Virus record (IMG/VR): IMGVR_UViG_3300016486_001578
DNA from: a virus
Taxonomy: Duplodnaviria; Caudoviricetes
Length of the DNA: 64,000 bases
Direction: 5' to 3' (one strand)
Part shown: positions 1-8,674 of the stretch, piece by piece
How the letters are laid out: each line of letters starts with the position of its first letter
Position numbering within the stretch: the first letter of the stretch is position 1
The notes under the pieces: generated by a model
Told to the model about the DNA's origin: nothing
Database searches by the model: none
Seen by the model: only the letters and a program-made list of their open reading frames with translations
Program-made: the position numbers and the translations under genes

Positions 1-167
1 TAATATGATAAAATAAACAAAACTTCTAATTTTAATATTATTATTCTCACTTTTTTTTAGCTCTATTATTATATCAACACAATCAATTTATATAATTGAT
101 CATCAAAGAAAAAATAATGATAATATTGAAACAGTGAATAATGATTCAACTAAATTAAAAATAAAAT

Positions 168-389
168 ATGGATTATAAAAAATTAAATTTAAAAAATATA
201 CACTCTGAAGCTATTTTTGTAGATGATTTATTGGGTAAGAAATTTAGAAGAAATAAATATGGATTATCAGATTGGATAGATGAAATAGTTCAAGTTAGAG
301 AAGTTTCTGATTTATACCCACATACAGTAGTTTGTGGTAAAAAAAATAGCTTTATCTATAGATTAGACGAAATAAAGATCATTGATTAG
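168..389 (+). CDS. hypothetical protein
   Basis: 73-aa ORF with A-rich upstream region. Confidence 0.6.
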   Translation: MDYKKLNLKNIHSEAIFVDDLLGKKFRRNKYGLSDWIDEIVQVREVSDLYPHTVVCGKKNSFIYRLDEIKIID

Positions 390-402
390 TTATGTAGATT
401 TT

Positions 403-412
403 TTAATATATA
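403..412 (+). promoter_or_regulatory. representative TTAATATATA putative late-promoter motif
   Basis: Recurs shortly before starts at 2129, 2706, 9793, 14012, 27150, 34469, 36076, 62742 and on the minus strand. Confidence 0.7.
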
Positions 413-416
413 ATCA

Positions 417-1397
417 ATGGGTATTAAAAAATTCGAAAACTTCATACCATCTGGTTGGGTAAATGTTAAATTAGATGAAGAATTACACATTAGGATATCT
501 AGGTATATCGAAGCATTAGATACACTAGTAGATACTAAAGATAAGTTTAATCTTTTTAAAAAAATAGAAGCACTATCCGATAGAGATTTAATAATGAATT
601 CTGATATAAAAACAAAAATATCAGTCTTAACAATTCTACAATACCTCAAAGAAATAAAAGACAATTTCAACCCATCATCATCCGGTTTCTTATTAGAAGG
701 GTTTTTGGCAGCATTAATACATGGTGAGATAGTCGGTGATTATGGATATTCGGATATAAGATCTAAGAATAAAAATTTAACTCCTTATAATGACTTAGAC
801 CCTATTGTTTTCAAGACTAAGATTGGTCAAAGTAATAAAGTCTGGAATTATCAAATAAAGTTATATAAAGATAAAAGCTCTATAAATGTTACTTGGGGTG
901 ATGTTGATAAAAGGTGTGATTTTTATGTTATTTGTGTTAAGGACTCTGATAAAATTTCTGTAAAAATATTAAATGGTAAAGATGAAAGCGATGAAAGTTA
1001 CATAGGTAGGTTTTGTACAACAAAAAGGGACAAAAGTGGGTCCATTCCACACTTTATAGATGGTGAGTTAAACCCCCTATCATATGAAAGAGAGAAAGGC
1101 ACTAAGAGGTATGTTACAATAAGCTATGCCAAGATGAGAGATAACTTTAAATATAGTAGAACTTTGGATTTTGGTATTATGGAGAATATAATAGACTCTT
1201 GTGGTGATGATATAAAGAAGTCTATAAAAGAAATTTATGATAGTTTATCTGAGCTTCATTATGATATAGACTCTTTGGTATCCGGACATAGCAAAGAAAA
1301 TAGAGTAATAAAAACAGAAGATGCTGGTGATAACGCAATTGCTAGTGCTAATAAAATAATAGATGAAGTTGATAAACTAAAAAAAGGACTGGGTTAA
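417..1397 (+). CDS. hypothetical protein, possible PD-(D/E)XK nuclease fold, N-terminal CTS-like motif
   Basis: GFLLEGFLA...SDI...YQIK pattern resembles the restriction-endonuclease fold; starts MGIKKFENF; TTAATATATA at 403-412. Confidence 0.5.
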   Translation: MGIKKFENFIPSGWVNVKLDEELHIRISRYIEALDTLVDTKDKFNLFKKIEALSDRDLIMNSDIKTKISVLTILQYLKEIKDNFNPSSSGFLLEGFLAALIHGEIVGDYGYSDIRSKNKNLTPYNDLDPIVFKTKIGQSNKVWNYQIKLYKDKSSINVTWGDVDKRCDFYVICVKDSDKISVKILNGKDESDESYIGRFCTTKRDKSGSIPHFIDGELNPLSYEREKGTKRYVTISYAKMRDNFKYSRTLDFGIMENIIDSCGDDIKKSIKEIYDSLSELHYDIDSLVSGHSKENRVIKTEDAGDNAIASANKIIDEVDKLKKGLG

Positions 1398-1552
1398 TCA
1401 CTTGGCAGTAAAACCTTAACTGTTGTTGCTTTTACTCCGCCACAAAATGGCAACACTAACCAGGCACCTCTTTTTGATTTATATAACTCACCTTCATCTA
1501 AACCGGCCCAAGGCAATAATTCTTCGTGTGTTCTGTATTTATATTCTTCCAT
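1394..1552 (-). CDS. small hypothetical protein (52 aa)
   Basis: Read manually: MEEYKYRTHEELLPWAG...; below ORF-track cutoff. Confidence 0.4.
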   Translation of the reverse strand: MEEYKYRTHEELLPWAGLDEGELYKSKRGAWLVLPFCGGVKATTVKVLLPSD

Positions 1553-1652
1553 ATAATAAAGATAGTTAAAAAAAATTAATTAAAGATATTTTTGTATATT
1601 TATATCAGAATAGAAACAAAGAATTGTTTTTTAATATATAATTAGTAAATAA

Positions 1653-1683
1653 TTTGGAAATTAGAAAACATTCCGTATATTTA
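1653..1683 (+). promoter_or_regulatory. Bacteroidota-type sigma70 promoter (near consensus)
   Basis: TTTG (1653-56), 19 nt, TATATTTA (1676-83); consensus TTTG-N19-21-TAnnTTTG. Confidence 0.55.
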
Positions 1684-1717
1684 CATTATAATTAATAACA
1701 ACAATAAAAAAAGAAAA

Positions 1718-1807
1718 ATGAGAACAAGTAACACACATACAAACCGACAAGAGCTTCCCCAAGAGGAAACCAGTTCATTATGTGGAGTTAATATGTGTAT
1801 GGAATAA
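1718..1807 (+). CDS. putative attenuator leader peptide 1 (29 aa)
   Basis: MRTSNTHTNRQELPQEETSSLCGVNMCME, between promoter and a terminator preceding tRNA-Pro. Confidence 0.6.
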   Translation: MRTSNTHTNRQELPQEETSSLCGVNMCME

Positions 1808-1832
1808 ACACATTTGTTTTTTAAAGATATTT

Positions 1833-1868
1833 AAAAACCCTCTACATTAACTTGTAAGAGGGTTTTTT
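1833..1868 (+). terminator. intrinsic terminator/attenuator upstream of tRNA-Pro
   Basis: AAAAACCCTCTACA-loop-TGTAAGAGGGTTTTTT hairpin with U-tract. Confidence 0.8.
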
Positions 1869-1877
1869 AATTTATAT

Positions 1878-1951
1878 ACGGTAGCGATCCATTGGTGTGG
1901 TTACCTCATTTGGAATGAGGGTTATTGTGGGTTCAACTCCCACCTACCGTA
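1878..1951 (+). tRNA. tRNA-Pro(UGG)
   Basis: Acceptor ACGGTAG/CTACCGT, anticodon arm CCTCA-TTTGGAA-TGAGG, T arm GTGGG-TTCAACT-CCCAC. Confidence 0.8.
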
Positions 1952-2028
1952 CAAATACCTATATTTGTATAAATAAATAAAAATATGCAAAAAGAACCAT
2001 CAATAGGGTCTTCCCGCCAAACAGCGGG

Positions 2029-2139
2029 TTTAGGGAGATTGATGGAAAGCCCGGTATTATTTTAGATAGGCTAAATTCATTCTTAGAAGACATAGGAGAA
2101 GAATCGGTTAATAAAGTTGAAGGATATATTAATATATAG
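2029..2139 (+). pseudogene. 3' remnant of a further LRR-like gene copy
   Basis: Near-identical to the 3' ends of the two downstream genes (FREIDGKPGIILDRLNSFLEDIG...VEGYINI*). Confidence 0.7.
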
Positions 2140-2143
2140 TTTA

Positions 2144-2716
2144 ATGAAGCACCTAAAAATATTTGAAAACTTTAATTCTGATGAGAAAATTCATGAAATT
2201 TGTAAAAAGCATAATATCAAAAATTATACTATAAATAAAGACCATTCAATAGATGTTGATGGTGATGTTTATTTATATAGAAAAGGATTAACTAAAATTC
2301 CACTGAAGTTTAGAAAAGTTAGTGGATATTTTGATTGCGATGATAACAGTTTAACTTCATTAGAGGGCTCTCCAACTTCAGTCGGTGGTGATTTTTATTG
2401 TGATAATAATAAATTAACTTCATTAGAGGACTCTCCAACTTCAGTCGGTGGCCATTTTTATTGTGATAATAATAAATTAACTTCATTAGAAGGTTCCCCA
2501 ACTTCAGTCGGTGGTTATTTTTATTGTAATGATAATCCAGTCAATGAGGTATACAATCTATTCAATGATAAAGACAAAATAGAACTTCTAAACGACTATG
2601 ATATCTTTAGAAAGGTTGATGGAAAACCTGGTATTATTTTAGATAGACTAAATTCATTCTTAGAAGACATAGGAAAAGAGAGCGTCACTAAAGTTGAAGG
2701 ATATATTAATATATAG
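2144..2716 (+). CDS. LRR-like 22-aa repeat protein, copy 1
   Basis: Three LTSLE(G/D)SPTSVGGxFYC repeats; ATG at 2144 after TTAATATATA; starts MKHLKIFENF. Confidence 0.85.
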   Translation: MKHLKIFENFNSDEKIHEICKKHNIKNYTINKDHSIDVDGDVYLYRKGLTKIPLKFRKVSGYFDCDDNSLTSLEGSPTSVGGDFYCDNNKLTSLEDSPTSVGGHFYCDNNKLTSLEGSPTSVGGYFYCNDNPVNEVYNLFNDKDKIELLNDYDIFRKVDGKPGIILDRLNSFLEDIGKESVTKVEGYINI

Positions 2717-2720
2717 TTTA

Positions 2721-3608
2721 ATGAAGCACCTAAAAATATTTGAAAACTTTAATTCTGATGAGAAAATTCATGAAATTTGTAGAAAATATAATATCGAAAA
2801 TTATACTATAAATCCGGATGGATCAATAGATGTTGATGGTAGTGTTTTTTTATATAGAAAAGGATTGACTAAAATTCCACTGAAGTTTAGAAAAGTTAGT
2901 GGATATTTTGATTGCGATGATAACAGTTTAACTTCACTAGAGTTTGCTCCAACTTCAGTCGGTGGATATTTTAATTGTTCTAGTAATAAATTAACTTCAT
3001 TAGAAGGTGCTCCAACTTCAGTCGGTGGCCATTTTTATTGTGATAATAATAAATTAACTTCACTAGAGTTTGCTCCAACTTCAGTCGGTGGAAATTATTA
3101 TTGCCATGATAACCGATTAACTTCATTAGAAGGTTCCCCAACTTCAGTCAGTGGTAATTTTTATTGCCATGATAACCGATTAACTTCATTAGAAGGTGCT
3201 CCAACTTCAGTCGGTGGAGATTTTAATTGCAATTATAATCAATTAACTTCATTAGAAGGTGCTCCAACTTCAGTCGGTGGCGGTTTTTATTGTTATAATA
3301 ATCAACTAACTTCATTAGAAGGTTCCCCAACTTCAGTCGGTGGTGATTTTTATTGTGATGATAATCAACTAACTTCATTAGAAGGTTCCCCAACTTCAGT
3401 CGGTGGTGATTTTTATTGTGATGATAATCCAGTCTATGAAGTCTGGAAATTATTTAAAGATTTGGATAAAATAGAAATTCTAAGTGATTCTGACATCTTT
3501 AGGGAGATTGATGGAAAGCCCGGTATTATTTTAGATAGGCTAAATTCATTCTTAGAAGACATAGGAAAAGAAAAGGTTGATGGAGTCAAAGGATATATAA
3601 ACTTATAG
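2721..3608 (+). CDS. LRR-like 22-aa repeat protein, copy 2
   Basis: Eight LTSLE repeats; tandem paralog of 2144..2716. Confidence 0.85.
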   Translation: MKHLKIFENFNSDEKIHEICRKYNIENYTINPDGSIDVDGSVFLYRKGLTKIPLKFRKVSGYFDCDDNSLTSLEFAPTSVGGYFNCSSNKLTSLEGAPTSVGGHFYCDNNKLTSLEFAPTSVGGNYYCHDNRLTSLEGSPTSVSGNFYCHDNRLTSLEGAPTSVGGDFNCNYNQLTSLEGAPTSVGGGFYCYNNQLTSLEGSPTSVGGDFYCDDNQLTSLEGSPTSVGGDFYCDDNPVYEVWKLFKDLDKIEILSDSDIFREIDGKPGIILDRLNSFLEDIGKEKVDGVKGYINL

Positions 3609-3938
3609 ATTAATTTTAATTATCTTGTATGGGTAATCCCTTTTATCATAGAACCTCATCCTTTCTTTAAAATGTGTATAGTGTATATTATTGAAATTAT
3701 CATGACTAAAGACATCAACCAAATCGAATATAGTTGCTTTCTTTTTATCAGCGTGTAGCCTAAGTGATCTACCAATAGATTGTATTATTATTTGCTCAGA
3801 CTTAAAAGAATCAGCAAAAATAACATTAAATATAGCATTTATTGATACACCGGTACTCAGTGTACCAAAACTCGCAATTAAAACCTTAGTCGCCCCTTCT
3901 TCTCTAATCTCTTTTCTTTTATCTATTATTCTCGCCAT
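3603..3938 (-). CDS. uvsW: UvsW-like SF2 helicase, fragment 3 (motifs V-VI)
   Basis: VLIASFGTLSTGVSI, QSIGRSLR, IFDLVD; 14-aa non-helicase N-terminal extension. Confidence 0.85.
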   Translation of the reverse strand: MARIIDKRKEIREEGATKVLIASFGTLSTGVSINAIFNVIFADSFKSEQIIIQSIGRSLRLHADKKKATIFDLVDVFSHDNFNNIHYTHFKERMRFYDKRDYPYKIIKINL

Positions 3939-3941
3939 TAT

Positions 3942-4971
3942 TTATTTTATTGTTTCTATTAAGGAATCTAATAAATTAACGTTTTCATTATTTAAATGTT
4001 TTTCTAAAACCACATTATTAGTGTCTCTATATTTTCTTATTAGGTGTTTACTAAAGTTGTATTTTCTAACTACATCTTCCATATTTTCAAATATTTCAAT
4101 ATCACCGCCTTTTTTAATTATTTTTATCTTAGTCCCACATCTCTTTTTTCTATTTTTCATCTTTTCTAGGTAATCTAGGTCTTTCCATTTTTTCTTTATT
4201 TTTTTACCAGCATCTAATCTTTTAGACTTATCTTTATTTATAAGTGTCATCTTATTTTTAAAATTTCTCCTATAATCATCATCTAAGTTATCCCATCTAT
4301 CTTTAGTTTCTTTTCTTTTCTTCTCAACATTATCGGGGTTAGAATAATATTCATTCATTTGATTTGATTTTTCTAATCTCTTCTCTTCTGTCCAACATGA
4401 TTTCATTTTTTTACAAAATTTTTCATAATCATCATCACTTATATTTTCCCAAAATATATTAATTCTTTTTCTTTGTATTTCTGATGAATATCTATTGTCA
4501 AAATATTTGTTATTATTAGAATAGTTAATCATATATTCCTTATATTTTTCTGAATTCCTAAATTCTTTCATCATATCTGATTTCCCTTTTCTCCAATTAT
4601 TATATTTTTCTTTATCTTTCTTTAATTTAACCCAACCCTTTTTTGCAGCATTTGATGTTTCTTCTGAATTCTTATAATAGTTCATCATCCAATTTAATGG
4701 TCTTTGATATTTTCTTATATTTATTGCTTTAAATATCCATAAATGTGATAATTTATGATCCTCATAATCTAATTCAATTATATTCCACTCCTCATTTTCA
4801 TATTCTGGGAATGTCGATCTTGGTAGAATATGATGTTTTTCTGAATAATCCATTTTCTCTTTTAATTCATAATTTATGAGTGTTGATATATATTTATCTA
4901 GATATTTATCATCATCTATATTTTTGTGCTTTTTTTATAAATTGATCCTTAATGAATTCATAATTTCTCAT
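3942..4971 (-). CDS. free-standing HNH-type homing endonuclease (probable 5' frameshift)
   Basis: EKHHILPRS...WNIIEL...HKLSH; upstream ATG at 4971 joins the frame if the 7-T run at 4930-36 is 6. Confidence 0.7.
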
Positions 4972-5007
4972 ATACTATATATAAATTAACCATTACCCCC
5001 GTAGATA

Positions 5008-5793
5008 CTATTTTTTAAGTGTTTTAATAAAATCATCACTTATATCATCATATGGTGTTATATCTTCCGCCTTTTTATATTTACCATCACTAAGTAATAT
5101 CATAAAATTGGATTTAACATCTATTTCATAGTCGCCAAAATTTAGAATAGTGTATTCTACTTTGGTTTTAGTTTTCTCCATTTCTTTCTTAATTATCTCT
5201 CTATTCTTACCACTAATAGAACCATCAATATAATAAAATTCCTTATCCGGTATCTCCGATTTTAATTTATTTAATAATCTCTTACCATGTTCAATTGTAT
5301 AAAATAAAACTAATGTATTACCATCACATTTATCTACTATTTTCTTTATAAAATCTAATCGCTTTTCGGATATATGTATATAATCCTTTTCTAAACCGAA
5401 GGCTTCTTTTCCAAGACCGGCCTTTCGAACTTCGTTTATCTTATCTCCAAAATCAGAATCATTATGGTTTATTATCACTGCTTTTATCTCCATTGGCGTA
5501 ACAATTCCTTTTTTCTTTAATTCTGTTGCGGAAACTTCTGTTATTTTGGGCCCAAGAACAGATTGTATAGTTAATATCTCACAAGTGTCTTCTTCTGGTA
5601 TAGTACCACTAACACCAAATCTAGAATAAGCATGTCCGAATGTTTTTCCTAATATTTTAGTATATGTCTTGGCTTTAGACTGATGACAATTACTAACACA
5701 AACACTATTTGCAAAATAGTTATGATTGTCCTTTATCCTTAAATTATAAACATCACCACTATATCCTATCTTTTTAATACACTTAATCTTCAT
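5008..5793 (-). CDS. uvsW: split-intein C-part fused to UvsW-like fragment 2, ending in an intein-like tail
   Basis: VYNLRIKDNHNYFANSVCVSN|CHQ, then GVSGT motif III and RecA2 region. Confidence 0.85.
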   Translation of the reverse strand: MKIKCIKKIGYSGDVYNLRIKDNHNYFANSVCVSNCHQSKAKTYTKILGKTFGHAYSRFGVSGTIPEEDTCEILTIQSVLGPKITEVSATELKKKGIVTPMEIKAVIINHNDSDFGDKINEVRKAGLGKEAFGLEKDYIHISEKRLDFIKKIVDKCDGNTLVLFYTIEHGKRLLNKLKSEIPDKEFYYIDGSISGKNREIIKKEMEKTKTKVEYTILNFGDYEIDVKSNFMILLSDGKYKKAEDITPYDDISDDFIKTLKK

Positions 5794-6608
5794 TTATATC
5801 TTTTTAATTTTCTGATTATATTATCACCATCTGGTTGGTTATCTAATAGGTGTATGAATTTTTCTTTATTCTCTATTATCCAATCTTCTGTTATGTAAAT
5901 AAACTCATAACCATTTAATAAACACCATTCTTCGGCATATCTTCTTTTTGTTGTATTTTTTGATAGACCAATAGTTGATTTTGGTTTTATCTCATATAAT
6001 ATTTTTTCATCATAATCAACAAAATCTATTATATAATTATGTGATATATCTTTAAATAAATATTCTATTCGTATATCTTCGTATAATAGTTTGGGGTTAC
6101 ATAGATGAAAGAAAGCCTCCCAGGAAGATCTATATCTAAATTTTTTATTATCAATGGTTAAGTATGAGAAACTACCGTGCCAGCTATTTGTAATGTTTGG
6201 AGTGAACGAACCATTTTTTATATTAGCCTTCATTTTCTTTGAATTTTTTCTACACATATTTTTGAAAGTTTCCTCAGACATTCTATGTGATGTGTTATTT
6301 TCACCCATTTGTCTAATTGATATACTTTTGTTATAACAATTATCTGAACAAAAACTATTAAATCCAAAATTTTCTTTATTTCTAATACCGACAAATATTC
6401 TTTCATTATCACATTCATCAATTTGGCATTTTTTTTCAATATTTTTAAGGTATGCGATTACATTTTTTATTGATATTTTAAAATTAAAATTTATGTTATT
6501 TTTTTCTAAAAATAACATAAATTTCTCTTCTTTCTCCTTCCGATTGAATATTGAGTATCTTTTTTCAAATATTAATTTATATATTTTATCCTTTTGCTTT
6601 TGATCCAT
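5790..6608 (-). CDS. free-standing TnsA-like PD-(D/E)XK endonuclease between the split-intein halves
   Basis: YRSSWE...YIIDF...YEIKP; Cys-containing N-terminal part. Confidence 0.75.
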   Translation of the reverse strand: MDQKQKDKIYKLIFEKRYSIFNRKEKEEKFMLFLEKNNINFNFKISIKNVIAYLKNIEKKCQIDECDNERIFVGIRNKENFGFNSFCSDNCYNKSISIRQMGENNTSHRMSEETFKNMCRKNSKKMKANIKNGSFTPNITNSWHGSFSYLTIDNKKFRYRSSWEAFFHLCNPKLLYEDIRIEYLFKDISHNYIIDFVDYDEKILYEIKPKSTIGLSKNTTKRRYAEEWCLLNGYEFIYITEDWIIENKEKFIHLLDNQPDGDNIIRKLKRYK

Positions 6609-6625
6609 GTCCTTCTGTGCTTTTG

Positions 6626-7729
6626 TTATATATTAAAATTAATATCCAATATTTCTTCATCAACATTTAATTCATCGACCCTTTTCCATTCACCACTTAT
6701 TAGTTTTACTTTATGATTGCCTGTTATTTTTAATACTTCTCCGTTATCTAGTGATATCTCATATATATCATCAGATTTTGTTAGATTCTTATAAACAAAA
6801 TCAACTTCTTTATTTTCTATTAGGAGGCTTTCTTCATTTATGGTTTTGACAAAATCGCCTATTTTTATTTCGGATATATTTTTTTTTGATCCATCTGACA
6901 TAGTTATTTTAGTAGATGGGTGCAAACACTCATCAGTTATCACCGTATGAAACTGTTTAAAGAAGCTTTTTGGCCACTTATCTAGTGATTGATAAGTTCC
7001 TATGTATATGTTAGCATCTTTTGTTCCGGTGTGTTTTCTTGGCTTCTCCGACATTATCTCCTCAACTCTTATATCACAAGCAGTATATTTTACTTCTTTT
7101 GTTAATATAGCGTCTAATTTAGCATCTCTTACTTCAATTAAATTATTTATACCATGATTATACTCAACTATATTATCATAAAATTGTGTAACTAATGTTA
7201 TTGATGGTACTATTATCAAGAATTTAGCACTTTTGTCTATCTTATGTAATGTATAAAACATCACGATTGATATTATCAGTGATTTTCCACCAGATGTGGC
7301 AACTTCGGCCATACAATATCTATTTTTTAGAATTTTATAAGCACTCTCTACTTGATGATCATATGGAGTAAATGATATCCAATCTCCACTCTTTGTCTTT
7401 ATTTTATGATTTTTGAAAAATTCATCACAAAAATCTTTCACTTTCTCTAAAGTAACATCTCTATTTATTGGGAAGTCTTCTTTATTTTCTAAAATGAAAG
7501 GAACGCCTATTTCCTGACAAGCTCTAAGTGATTCTTTCCAAAGGCCTAAATTTATCTTACCATCTCTAAAATATGAATTTTTGCCATTCCAAACACCCAT
7601 CTTAACCAATGGCATATATTTATATCCCTTAACATGTCTTGTTAACCAAAGATCAAGCTGGTGATACTCTATTCGTGTTGCCTCACTAACAACTATCTCT
7701 TCTTTTTTCTTATCATATCTAAATTTCAT
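6626..7729 (-). CDS. uvsW: UvsW-like fragment 1 fused to split-intein N-part (100 aa, 6928-6629)
   Basis: PYDHQ, Walker A ATSGGKS, IIVPS, TYQS, ITDE|CLHPSTKITMSDG...ITGNH. Confidence 0.9.
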   Translation of the reverse strand: MKFRYDKKKEEIVVSEATRIEYHQLDLWLTRHVKGYKYMPLVKMGVWNGKNSYFRDGKINLGLWKESLRACQEIGVPFILENKEDFPINRDVTLEKVKDFCDEFFKNHKIKTKSGDWISFTPYDHQVESAYKILKNRYCMAEVATSGGKSLIISIVMFYTLHKIDKSAKFLIIVPSITLVTQFYDNIVEYNHGINNLIEVRDAKLDAILTKEVKYTACDIRVEEIMSEKPRKHTGTKDANIYIGTYQSLDKWPKSFFKQFHTVITDECLHPSTKITMSDGSKKNISEIKIGDFVKTINEESLLIENKEVDFVYKNLTKSDDIYEISLDNGEVLKITGNHKVKLISGEWKRVDELNVDEEILDINFNI

Positions 7730-7824
7730 ATTAACTTATATATTAATATTATGATTTTTCCACCGGTTTTTTACAAAAAAGGGAAGGAGACTTATGTAAT
7801 ATATACATAAAAATAAATTTAAAC

Positions 7825-8208
7825 ATGAGTATTTTATCATTCCTAAAAAATCTTTTTACTAAACAAGAAGTTAAACAAGTCGAAGAGACCAAACAAGAAG
7901 TTAAACAAGAAGTTAAACAAGAAGTTAAACAAGTTGTTAAAAAAGTTGAAGAGACCAAACAAGAAGTTAAGCAAGAAGTTGAGCAAGTTAAAGAAGTTGT
8001 TGAAGCAAAGAAAGAAACACCCAAGGCTACGCCTAAGAAAGCTACAGCAAAGTCACCTAAGAAAACTACAACTAAAAAGAAGACATCCACAAAAGAAAAA
8101 CCAGTAACGGCAAAGGATATTAAATCAAAAGCTAAAGAAACTAAAGAAGATAAACCTAAGGCAAAAAGAAAATATACAAAAAGAAAGCCTAAGACTCCTA
8201 AGAAGTAA
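7825..8208 (+). CDS. low-complexity protein with KQEV repeats and Lys-rich tail
   Basis: 12-nt AAACAAGAAGTT tandem repeats; K/T/A/P-rich C-terminus. Confidence 0.75.
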   Translation: MSILSFLKNLFTKQEVKQVEETKQEVKQEVKQEVKQVVKKVEETKQEVKQEVEQVKEVVEAKKETPKATPKKATAKSPKKTTTKKKTSTKEKPVTAKDIKSKAKETKEDKPKAKRKYTKRKPKTPKK

Positions 8209-8229
8209 TAGATTAATGAGAAAAATGAT

Positions 8230-8255
8230 AAAACCACCATATTATGGTGGTTTTT
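8230..8255 (+). terminator. intrinsic terminator
   Basis: AAAACCACCAT-ATT-ATGGTGGTTTTT. Confidence 0.75.
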
Positions 8256-8324
8256 CTGTTTTGGTGTAATTTAAATTAAAAGGGTTTTTTAATTTAATAT
8301 ATAATAAAAAATAAATAAATTAAT

Positions 8325-8666
8325 ATGAAAACTAAAGTCGAAATCGAAATAGGGGATTATGAAATCCAAATTGAAGAAGTAGATGGTGTAATATCTGTAA
8401 GAGCTGAAAAAGATGATGAGGTTGTTGAAGAATTTTCTATCACTACCGAAGAAGTAGAAGGAGAAGACTCAGAGATGGGTGATGATGAAGAAGGTGATGA
8501 GATAAAAGGATTCGGTGAATTCGGTGATGAAGAAGAAGATTTTGGATCTGAAGATCTAGAAGGCGAAGCTGGAGAAGGCGAAACCGAAGAATCTGAAATG
8601 GATATCGAAGAATTAGAAGACGAAGGTACACTAGAATCTTTTCAATCTTTTATAAGTAAAAAATAA
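8325..8666 (+). CDS. highly acidic protein
   Basis: Very D/E-rich; ends LESFQSFISKK. Confidence 0.75.
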   Translation: MKTKVEIEIGDYEIQIEEVDGVISVRAEKDDEVVEEFSITTEEVEGEDSEMGDDEEGDEIKGFGEFGDEEEDFGSEDLEGEAGEGETEESEMDIEELEDEGTLESFQSFISKK

Positions 8667-8674
8667 GAACAAAA

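Noticed and set aside
2144-3608. Diversity-generating retroelement
   Set aside because: No reverse transcriptase in the window; repeats are in-frame coding units and differences are not adenine-restricted.
3939-5007. Group I intron at the second helicase break
   Set aside because: The interval is almost all HNH coding sequence, no intron core is recognisable, and fragment 3 has its own ATG.
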